Assembly (NCBI GenBank): GCA_965112155.1
Contig: OZ218100.1
Length of the DNA stretch: 64,000 bases
Origin: Podarcis liolepis
Lineage: Eukaryota
Reading direction: 5' to 3' (one strand)
Positions within the stretch are counted from its first letter, which is position 1. Each line of letters begins with the position of its first letter. Below the pieces are notes generated by a model. The model worked only from the letters and a program-made list of their open reading frames with translations, was not told the DNA's origin and did not search any database. Positions 25,821-34,010 of this stretch are shown in pieces. Position numbers and translations under genes: made by a program.

Positions 25821-27347
25821 ATGGCTCCAAAGAAAGCTGCTGCGCGCTCCAGCTCTGTCATCGCGTCAAAGCGGCCTATTAGAGGTCCATCCCAAGCGCT
25901 TCGCTCTCCCCCCACCAACCAACCGGTGGGGCGAGTGCAATCGTTGGTAGCAGGCATGGCAGGTGACCCGGTGGCTCTATCTCGCTTCGCAGCTGACTTG
26001 GACCTTTTTCTGCAACATCGTTCTTCTCAACCATCAACATCTGGAGGGCTGCCCTCTTCAGCAGTGGTGCCGCCTCCGGCTTCATCGTCATCTAGCGAGG
26101 ATGAGGGAGAAGGACCGTCATCACAGGGTTTAATTAGGAACCCACAGTCATCCCAGTCTCCTGGCTTACCTGTAATACAGAACCGGCCTCGGAGGGCAGG
26201 CCGCCTGTCCAGGCGGGCCTCTGAAAAGAGTGCACCATTGGCTGTGTCCACTCGCCGGCGCACGCCTGCTCGGTCTCCACCGGTTGTGGCATCCGGGTCT
26301 GGTATCTCACATGTTGTCTCTATGCAGTCTGTTTCAGTTCCGTCCCAGCAGCATCCTGAATCGGAGTCCTCTGTCGAAGACAGTCTCCCGGTCCCCGCCA
26401 GGAAGTCCATGGGAGGGAAGCGTCGCCACAAGAGGGTGTCTCGAAAACGTGCAAAGCGCAGGAAGGACGACTCCTCTTCCTCTACTTCGGGTACGTCTTC
26501 CTCTAGCTCTGATGATGAGGGTACTCACTTGGAACTTTATTGGGGTTTTGGTGAATCGGCTTCAGGGCTTCCTAGGTGGGCTTGGGAACGCAGGTCCAAC
26601 GCTCATCGGGCAAAGTATGGGGCTGTTCAGGAATGCAGGGATGGTGTGTTGGTTCCCGACGTTAGAGTCTCAACCAATTCGGCCAGGGATATCATCCCAG
26701 GCTCACACTTGTCATCGAAATTGCGGTCCAGGATCTTAAATGGACGCTATGTAGACATTTTCAAATTGGCCCCGCCCTCTGAAGAGCAAGAAAAAGGAAG
26801 TGCTTCCACCAAAAAACGCTCAGGGGTTTCTGCGGCGGGTAGGTCCTTCGAACAGTGGCTCGACTGTTTTCAGGTCTTCGCCGGTATAGTCATGGCAGCT
26901 TATCCGCGTAGGTCCCTTCATTTGTTAGTTTATCTATCGATTGTGCGCTCTGCCTTTACCAAGGCGGGTGATAAAGCTGCAATTAAATACGATGAGAACT
27001 TTAGGCGCCGCGCGGCCAAGATCCCTTCTGCACGCTGGGATCGGAAAGATCTCGATGTGTGGACTACTTACGTCGCTCCGCTCATTGACAAAAAGGTACC
27101 GGAGCAGCAGAAACTGGGTGTCTCTACTTTTAGACCTGGCCGTCGATTGCCGTGTTGGGATTTTAACAGGACCTCATGTCAGCGTTCAACTTGTAGATTT
27201 GCGCACACCTGTGAGAAATGCAATGGATTGCATCCGGCTTCCTCTTGTTTTGGTGGACGGCGGCCCTTTCGTGGAGGAAAGGGGGGCTCCCAACAACCCC
27301 CCAAGTCAGTCCCCCCCACACCCTCAACCTCAGGAACAGCAAAATAA
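25821..27347 (+). CDS. gag: Ngaro Gag-like ORF1 (508 aa)
   Basis: S/P/R-rich N-terminus, basic cluster KRRHKRVSRKRAKRRK, core motifs RILNGRYVDIFKL / W..CF..F / KYDENFRR, C-terminal Cys/His finger CWDFNRTSCQRSTCRFAHTCEKCNGLHPASSC. Confidence 0.85.
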   Translation: MAPKKAAARSSSVIASKRPIRGPSQALRSPPTNQPVGRVQSLVAGMAGDPVALSRFAADLDLFLQHRSSQPSTSGGLPSSAVVPPPASSSSSEDEGEGPSSQGLIRNPQSSQSPGLPVIQNRPRRAGRLSRRASEKSAPLAVSTRRRTPARSPPVVASGSGISHVVSMQSVSVPSQQHPESESSVEDSLPVPARKSMGGKRRHKRVSRKRAKRRKDDSSSSTSGTSSSSSDDEGTHLELYWGFGESASGLPRWAWERRSNAHRAKYGAVQECRDGVLVPDVRVSTNSARDIIPGSHLSSKLRSRILNGRYVDIFKLAPPSEEQEKGSASTKKRSGVSAAGRSFEQWLDCFQVFAGIVMAAYPRRSLHLLVYLSIVRSAFTKAGDKAAIKYDENFRRRAAKIPSARWDRKDLDVWTTYVAPLIDKKVPEQQKLGVSTFRPGRRLPCWDFNRTSCQRSTCRFAHTCEKCNGLHPASSCFGGRRPFRGGKGGSQQPPKSVPPTPSTSGTAK

Positions 27348-28953
27348 GGTGCTGACTTCCTTGGCTCAGACTCCTATACGTCTGCCGGCCCTTAAAAAGT
27401 GGCTCAGGTTTTACCCAGATAGGGAGGCCGCTCGTTACCTGAGCGACGGTTTTTCTGTTGGTTTTCGGATTCCGGTAGCCAAGCCTCCCGTGGCTCGGAA
27501 TTCGTCTAATCAGAAATCAGTTCGTGAGTTGCCAGAAATTGCTCGAAGAAAGATCACAAAAGAGGTGGCTATGCACCGGATGGCTGGCCCCTTTTGTGCC
27601 CCTCCATTTCCTAAATTGCATGTTTCCCCACTGGGCATCGTGCCAAAGAAAGCCCCTGGTGAATTCCGTTTGATTCATAATTTATCACACCCTAGGGGTA
27701 CTTCAGTTAACGACGTGATTCCTCCAGAGCTTTGCTCAGTTAGGTATGCCTCTCTTGATCACGCGATCAAGATGATCCGGAAATTTGGACCAGCTGCGTT
27801 ATTGGCAAAATGCGACATAGAGTCGGCATTCCGTTTGCTGCCGATTCATCCGGAGGATTTCTGGCTGCTCGGTTTCCAGTTTGAGGGAAAATACTATTTT
27901 GACAAAGCCATGCCCATGGGCTGTTCTATAGCGTGCGCTGCTTTTGAATCTTTCAGTACCTTTTTGGAGTGGGCCCTCAAGCTGAAAACCGGGTTGGATG
28001 GGGTTACTCATTATTTGGATGATTTTTTATTGGCTTCTGATTGTAATACTGACAATTGCTCGGTTCTGTTGCAAGCTTTAGCGGCCCTTACTGAGGAATT
28101 GGGGGTCCCGTTAGCGGCAGAAAAGACTGAGGGTCCCTCGACTCAGCTCACGTATTTGGGTATCCTTTTGGATACGGTGTCTCAAACTTCTAGCTTGCCA
28201 AAGGTGAAGCTGGTGGCTTTGAAAAAGGTTATAGAGGAATTGCTTCCCTTAAAGAAAGTGTCCCTACTGCAGATCCAATCGCTGTTAGGTCACCTGAATT
28301 TTGCCTGTAGGGTGGTGGCCCCGGGCCGCCCCTTTTGCTCTCGTTTGGCTCGCCTCACGGTGGGCTTGAAGGCCCCGCATCATCGTGTTCGTCTTTCCAG
28401 GGAGGTGAGGGCTGATCTCAGCATATGGCTTGAGTTTTTGGAGGAATTCAATGGGGTATCGTTATGGCAAGACACTCTGAACTTGCAGAACGATTTTCAG
28501 GTGCACTCAGATGCTGCAGGGTCCCAGGGTTTCGGCCTATATTGGATGGGTAGGTGGTGTGCCAAGCGCTGGCCTCTTGACTGGCAGGGAACAGCCATTA
28601 CGCGGGACCTAACTTTTCTTGAGTTCTTTCCCATTGCAGTGGCAGTGCACTTGTGGGTCGAAGAGTTCAGGGACCGACGTGTCTGCTTCTGGACTGATAA
28701 CCAGGCGGTGGTGGACGTGCTGGCCAAGCTGTCGTCCCGCTCTCCTAGGGTGTCGGCCCTTTTGCGGGCTTTTGTTTTACATTGTTTACGTTATAATATA
28801 GTCTTTTCCGCTCGTTTTGTTCCGGGGGTGTCTAACGAAATTGCCGATGCTCTGTCCCGTTTTCAGATGGAGCGGTTCAGACTTCTGGTTCCAGAGGCTC
28901 GGAAACGTCCGGAATGTTTCCCGGAACATCTCTGGAGCCTTGGCAGGAGCTAG
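26941..28953 (+). CDS. pol: Reverse transcriptase-RNase H (ORF2); true start uncertain
   Basis: RT motifs FRLIHNLS, KCDIESAFR, MPMG, YLDD; RNase H SDAAG, LEFFPI, TDN, NEIADALSR; overlaps gag in the +1 frame. Confidence 0.95.
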   Translation: MCALPLPRRVIKLQLNTMRTLGAARPRSLLHAGIGKISMCGLLTSLRSLTKRYRSSRNWVSLLLDLAVDCRVGILTGPHVSVQLVDLRTPVRNAMDCIRLPLVLVDGGPFVEERGAPNNPPSQSPPHPQPQEQQNKVLTSLAQTPIRLPALKKWLRFYPDREAARYLSDGFSVGFRIPVAKPPVARNSSNQKSVRELPEIARRKITKEVAMHRMAGPFCAPPFPKLHVSPLGIVPKKAPGEFRLIHNLSHPRGTSVNDVIPPELCSVRYASLDHAIKMIRKFGPAALLAKCDIESAFRLLPIHPEDFWLLGFQFEGKYYFDKAMPMGCSIACAAFESFSTFLEWALKLKTGLDGVTHYLDDFLLASDCNTDNCSVLLQALAALTEELGVPLAAEKTEGPSTQLTYLGILLDTVSQTSSLPKVKLVALKKVIEELLPLKKVSLLQIQSLLGHLNFACRVVAPGRPFCSRLARLTVGLKAPHHRVRLSREVRADLSIWLEFLEEFNGVSLWQDTLNLQNDFQVHSDAAGSQGFGLYWMGRWCAKRWPLDWQGTAITRDLTFLEFFPIAVAVHLWVEEFRDRRVCFWTDNQAVVDVLAKLSSRSPRVSALLRAFVLHCLRYNIVFSARFVPGVSNEIADALSRFQMERFRLLVPEARKRPECFPEHLWSLGRS

Positions 28954-29837
28954 TTTTTCAGGGAGTAATGGCTTCTATTTCTCCTTCTACTCTCAGGTCA
29001 TACACTAAAGCATGGGCTGATTTTTTGTCCTTTACATATCAGTCAGCCGAGGAGCAAAGGGGGGCTTCCCCCTCTACTTCTCAGGTGCTAAGATATTTGG
29101 CGCACCTGTTTCAGTTAGGACGTGCAGCTAAGACGCTAAGAATTCAGGCAGCTGCCATTGCCTTTTTCTGCAAAGCTTATTTCGACAAAGATCCTTGCGC
29201 TAAATTTGCCGTGCGTAAGGCCCTTGAGGGATGGGGTAGGCTTTGTCCTTCCCAGCCAGCTACTAGGCACCCTATCTCATATGATTTGCTGTGCAAAATG
29301 CGCAAGGAGTTGAGGAAGGTTTGCTGGTCCAGGTATGAGGCTCGTCTTTTTTCTGCGGCCTTTTCTATTGCCTTCTTCGGAGCACTAAGGGTTGGTGAGC
29401 TCGTATGGGAGGAGCACAATAATGGCAGTTCTAGGGGATTATTGCTTCAGGATGCACAGCTATCTCCAGATGAGCTGAGGCTCCTCATTAGGAACTCAAA
29501 AACGGATCAGGACGGAAGGGGAGCCCTCATTCGTCTCCCGGCCACAAGGGAGGTGGGTCCGTGTCCGGTCAAAGATGTCAGGAGGTACTTGTCCATCCGG
29601 GCCCCGGGGGAAGGTCCACTGCTGCAGCACGAAGATGGGTCGCCTCTATCTAGGCGACAGTTTGCAAGGGTGATGCGGAAGGCCATTGCGGCTTGTGGTG
29701 ATTCTGCTAGTGATTTTGCCCCACATTCTTTCAGGATTGGGGCTGCCACGACGGCAGCGCATTGGGGCCTGTCTGCAGGCAGAATAAAGAATTTGGGTCG
29801 TTGGAAGTCGAATGCGTTTAGAGGCTATGTTCGCTAA
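28914..29837 (+). CDS. Tyrosine recombinase (phage-integrase family), 307 aa
   Basis: Catalytic set ALRVGEL (R), SKTDQ (K), HSFR (HxxR), GRW, terminal Y in FRGYVR. Confidence 0.95.
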   Translation: MFPGTSLEPWQELVFQGVMASISPSTLRSYTKAWADFLSFTYQSAEEQRGASPSTSQVLRYLAHLFQLGRAAKTLRIQAAAIAFFCKAYFDKDPCAKFAVRKALEGWGRLCPSQPATRHPISYDLLCKMRKELRKVCWSRYEARLFSAAFSIAFFGALRVGELVWEEHNNGSSRGLLLQDAQLSPDELRLLIRNSKTDQDGRGALIRLPATREVGPCPVKDVRRYLSIRAPGEGPLLQHEDGSPLSRRQFARVMRKAIAACGDSASDFAPHSFRIGAATTAAHWGLSAGRIKNLGRWKSNAFRGYVR

Positions 29838-29893
29838 CATGATGTTTTATATTTTGTTTCTCTATACCAGGTTTAGCAGCCGTACGCATATGG

Positions 29894-30445
29894 ATGGTGG
29901 GGCACAGTATCGTACATTGGGCCGGTGTTGGAGCCAGGCAGCTCAGATTGGGACCAGGTCTCGGCCTTCCTCCTCACGTGCGCGTATCTTGGCTGGCCAG
30001 AAGGGGAATGTCCTGGACTGAGTTTCTGCCACTGATTCGTAGGCAGCTAGCCGAGGAAGGGCCGCCCTCGGCCATTGTTGTGCAGTTGGGTGAGAACGAC
30101 CTGGTTTCTATGGACTGTGCTTCTTTACGTGCTGCTATCTTGGGTGATCTTGAAGTGCTGCGAGCAATGGTGCCGGCAACAAAAATTTTCTGGTCAAAAT
30201 TTTTGCAAAGGCGCAGTTGGAGAGGCAGTCGGTGCCCGACTGCCACCGAAAGGGCTAGGAAGCGGATCAATTCGGCAGTCTCAAAAAAGGTTTTTGAGTT
30301 GGGAGGTGACGTGATTTCTCATCCTGAGATTCTGGCTAGGGATGAATCTCTTTTCAGGGATGATGGGGTGCATCTTTCGGCTTTAGGGAATAAAGCGTGG
30401 CTGGGTGCTGTGGTGGCTAAGCTAAGGTCTTGGCTGGGTTCGTGA
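29894..30445 (+). CDS. SGNH/GDSL-family hydrolase (esterase) ORF; probably a spliced exon starting at 29871
   Basis: Blocks VGHS (Ser), RRG, QLGEND (Asn), DGVH (His). Confidence 0.88.
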   Translation: MVGHSIVHWAGVGARQLRLGPGLGLPPHVRVSWLARRGMSWTEFLPLIRRQLAEEGPPSAIVVQLGENDLVSMDCASLRAAILGDLEVLRAMVPATKIFWSKFLQRRSWRGSRCPTATERARKRINSAVSKKVFELGGDVISHPEILARDESLFRDDGVHLSALGNKAWLGAVVAKLRSWLGS

Positions 30446-30475
30446 GTGGTTTGGCGGCGAGCTTAAGGCTCCATA

Positions 30476-30901
30476 TGGCGGTTAGGCATTGGTTTAAAAT
30501 TGGTTGGGAGGGGTAAGTGCCTACCCCTCCAATGGTGGTGCGAAAAGGGAATTCCGTTAAAGGAATCCAGGGGCTTGCCATTCTTTCGTCCTTGTCCCCG
30601 GAGTCGGACCTGGGCCGTGCAAGCCCCACAGGAACATGAGGGTGAGAGGTGTGGGACTGTTACCCAGCCTCACCTTCTCACCCAATACTTGTTTCCCAAG
30701 CTGGCTTCCGCTGGAATCCGGAAGACCAGCCCTGTCCCTGGGCAAGGACAGATAGTCTTAACCAATGCCTAAGCAACCACTCACGTATTTGTATTTTAAT
30801 AAAGTTGTGGCCAAAAATCATGCCAAAAACCTTAAACAAAAATTAATGTGTGAAGTGTGAATTATTTTGGTGAGGGTGGCTTTGTGGGACTCAACACGCA
30901 A
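30476..30901 (+). repeat. Split direct repeat B1 (426 bp)
   Basis: Matches B2 (offset 811) with two substitutions seen: 30541 C / 31352 T and 30554 C / 31365 A. Confidence 0.95.
30798..30803 (+). terminator. Poly(A) signal in B1
   Basis: AATAAA followed by GT/T-rich downstream sequence. Confidence 0.6.
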
Positions 30902-31113
30902 GGCGTGTTCTCCTTCAAATGAGAGCACGTGTTGCGGTTGGGCGAATACAAGCCACCCTGCTGTTATCAGGCAGTTGAATGAGGTAGAACCCTTTAAAGG
31001 GTTAATTGAGTTACTGGGGAGTTTAGCATGTTGCCAATTAGGAAGGAAGGGCAGAGGCTATAAATACAGGTTACCCACGTTGGGGCGTCCTCTTGGCCTC
31101 TGCATCGGATCAC
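30900..31113 (+). repeat. Split direct repeat A2
   Basis: Identical to A1; contains CCAAT 31034-31038 and TATAAAT 31059-31065. Confidence 0.95.
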
Positions 31114-31286
31114 CCGCCCACCCTCCCTTTTAAAGGGGGGGTTTCTTGGTTATTGACCTTGCTATGCCTGTCATGGGGTCGTTCGCCTTGGTGCGGGGGC
31201 CTGGTAGGAATTTACCATTTGGCTGATTGGCTGGTGCCATTTGGGTTTCGCCTACTACGTAGCAAATAAGTCACAACTTGTAAGGT
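31114..31286 (+). ncRNA. Unique A2-B2 spacer; candidate structured RNA element
   Basis: Nested complementary segments, e.g. TTGCTATG/CGTAGCAA and TGGTAGG/CCTACTA; no meaningful ORF. Confidence 0.45.
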
Positions 31287-31712
31287 TGGCGGTTAGGCAT
31301 TGGTTTAAAATTGGTTGGGAGGGGTAAGTGCCTACCCCTCCAATGGTGGTGTGAAAAGGGAATTACGTTAAAGGAATCCAGGGGCTTGCCATTCTTTCGT
31401 CCTTGTCCCCGGAGTCGGACCTGGGCCGTGCAAGCCCCACAGGAACATGAGGGTGAGAGGTGTGGGACTGTTACCCAGCCTCACCTTCTCACCCAATACT
31501 TGTTTCCCAAGCTGGCTTCCGCTGGAATCCGGAAGACCAGCCCTGTCCCTGGGCAAGGACAGATAGTCTTAACCAATGCCTAAGCAACCACTCACGTATT
31601 TGTATTTTAATAAAGTTGTGGCCAAAAATCATGCCAAAAACCTTAAACAAAAATTAATGTGTGAAGTGTGAATTATTTTGGTGAGGGTGGCTTTGTGGGA
31701 CTCAACACGCAA
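31287..31712 (+). repeat. Split direct repeat B2 (element 3' end)
   Basis: Copy of B1; ends ...CAACACGCAA; AATAAA at 31609-31614. Confidence 0.95.
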
Positions 31713-33291
31713 CCACACTTCCATAAGCTGTGGCATTACCAGGAGTGCCTCAACAGTTGAGGCAGGGTTGTGCAGGGCAGTAAGGAGAAAGGTGTTTCTT
31801 CAGGTATCCTGATCTCAAGTTGTTGGCACACCATACCAATTATGCACCTCCAAAAAGAAGCAGGCTTCATCATTGTACATGATCTGCCCTAACCATCTTG
31901 CATTAGAGGTAGATGCTATCAGAACATTGTGGGACTGGCCATGCAAAAGAAGTTGCAGCCATGCCACTGCTCCAGAAAAGATACAAATAATCAAATCCAA
32001 ATAAACTTGAAGAAAGGTTTTGTAGCGAAACACCACACATAAAATTGAACTTTCTGTTACCCCATGCTTGGAAGTGATCAACAGGAAATGGTTTCCACTA
32101 CCATTATGCCATGTTTGTGAACAACTCATAGGCATATAGGATACTTCCAAAGACTACTTTTGGAAACAGAAAGCGAGTAGATTCTGGAAGTCAGTTCTTA
32201 TAGCAAACAGTTCAAGCCTAAACATGTCTACTCAGACTCAAGCGTCACTAAATTCAATAGGGCAATCCCAAGTCAGCATGCTTGTTAGGAGTAGCTAACA
32301 TGGTGCCTTCCATATGTTGTTGGAATCTAACTCTTGTCAGTCCCAGATAGCATGACCAAGGGCCCACTAACATTCAGTGGGCCATAGGTTCCTCATCGCT
32401 GTTTACAAGATGCTTATAAGGTAAATGCTCTAAATTTAGCAGGAAACAACCTTCAAATATTTGAATATAAGACACCTTCTAATATTTATTTTTCAGCATG
32501 ATTTAACAGCTGACTGGAAATGCAGACAGTTTTAGGATGAATTCTGCTTAAACATGCTGCTTACTGGAAATTACCGATCATAAATTGCTTGTGCTTTTAC
32601 AGCATATGGGACTAAATACCGTATAATTATGCTTGTCATTTGAATTGTTGCTATACTGTTATTCACACTTGAGCAATTATTGCTTTTTTTGAAAAACAAA
32701 AAAATAAAAGTATGAGAACCATTGTTCTCTTGCTCACACCTGTGAGCTACAACCCAAAATCAAATGTTTTAATCTCACTGCCTTCTTTTCTTCCCACGAA
32801 GGTTGTTCAGGTTTTGCCTATAATGCTACTGCAGTCTATTAAATAGCTCTCATTGTGCCTGACTCAGCTGGTTCCTAAAATTTTCAGTACTGCTCTTACT
32901 GAAGTGATTGAGAATCCTTCTTTGGGCTTTTAAATGAAGCTGGGTCAAGCTCAATTTTTAGACTGAGTTCATTTGGAACAGGCACTGAAAGAATCCATAC
33001 TGTGCCTGCCTACATGTTTTCAATTCATTCTAAAAGAAATCCTGTGTCACTTTTCTGAGGAGATTTGGTTCTAATTGTACTACAATTATTTATAAAGGAT
33101 GCTTTATTATCCTCAAGATAGCAACTAAAATTATTTCTACCTTTGAGTGTTTGGGATTAGGAGAAATTATCTCGGGTTCTTTTTATTGTTGCTGCTGTTA
33201 ATAATCTTCATGTAGATTTCAGGACACTTTCATATGTTACCATGAAGATATCTTACTTATTTTTACAATTTAGAATGGTCCAGAAGTAAAG

Positions 33292-33443
33292 ACCAAACCC
33301 TGGTCGGAGCCTTGTGCTCATGAATGGGCTTATAAATGGTCAAAGCATGGTCTGGCATTGTACTTGAACCAAACCCTGGTCGGAGCCTTGTGCTCATGAA
33401 TGGGCTTATAAATGGTCAAAGCATGGTCTGGCATTGTACTTGA
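33292..33443. repeat. Perfect 76-bp tandem duplication
   Basis: ACCAAACCCTGGTCGGAG...GTACTTGA occurs twice, followed by the microhomology ACAAACCC. Confidence 0.95.
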
Positions 33444-34010
33444 ACAAACCCATTGTGTCTACATTCCTCTTATTTTGTTTATTTTTGCTAAAAGTAGCCA
33501 CTCACACCCGTGGTGTATCACATTTCTATTGTTCATTAATCCATTGCTATAGTATATTTTAATACATTCTTTTTATTGTTTATTTCCAAAACAACTACGC
33601 TTCTCACATAGTTTGATTTTACGTGCATGATAGTTGATAGATAAATAGATAGATAGATAGATGAAGCATAGATTGCAAAGTAGATTGGAAACATGCCATG
33701 AGGGAAGGGGTTCTTAACCCTTTGTGCCCACTTGAGTCTTGGTCAGAATTCCCCCACCCCTATGGTTGTTGTTCACAATGAAATGAAGTCTCTCTTTGTT
33801 CTATGGGAGGTTTTTTTCTATTCTAAAGAGCCGGGAGGGGAATTCTGATTAGGACAATGACAAGAACAAAAAGTTACAGCCCTCTTCCCTTGCATCAGGA
33901 TCCCAATTTATGTGAGCTATTTAAAAAGAAAAAAAGAAATATTTCATGCAAGACCAAGTCACATGACAAATATCATGTCTAGTTAAGTCCTGAAACACAT
34001 TAGTTCTTAC

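Larger units (their letters stand above)
24503..31712 (+). mobile_element. Full-length Ngaro-group (DIRS order) tyrosine-recombinase retrotransposon with an SGNH hydrolase ORF
   Basis: Split direct repeats A1...B1-A2-spacer-B2; intact gag, RT-RNase H, YR and hydrolase ORFs; no methyltransferase domain, no DDE integrase, no long TSD. Confidence 0.95.

Noticed and set aside
30500-31657. Duplicated short ORFs (90, 62, 65, 88 aa) in the A and B repeats
   Set aside because: They are identical only because the repeats are duplicated; several have non-ATG starts and none has motifs. The region is better explained as regulatory or structured RNA
33997-34010. ORF-track extension of the EYS exon to a stop (…AGKN*)
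   Set aside because: This is read-through into the intron past the GTAAGA donor; the GKN match to the next exon is coincidental
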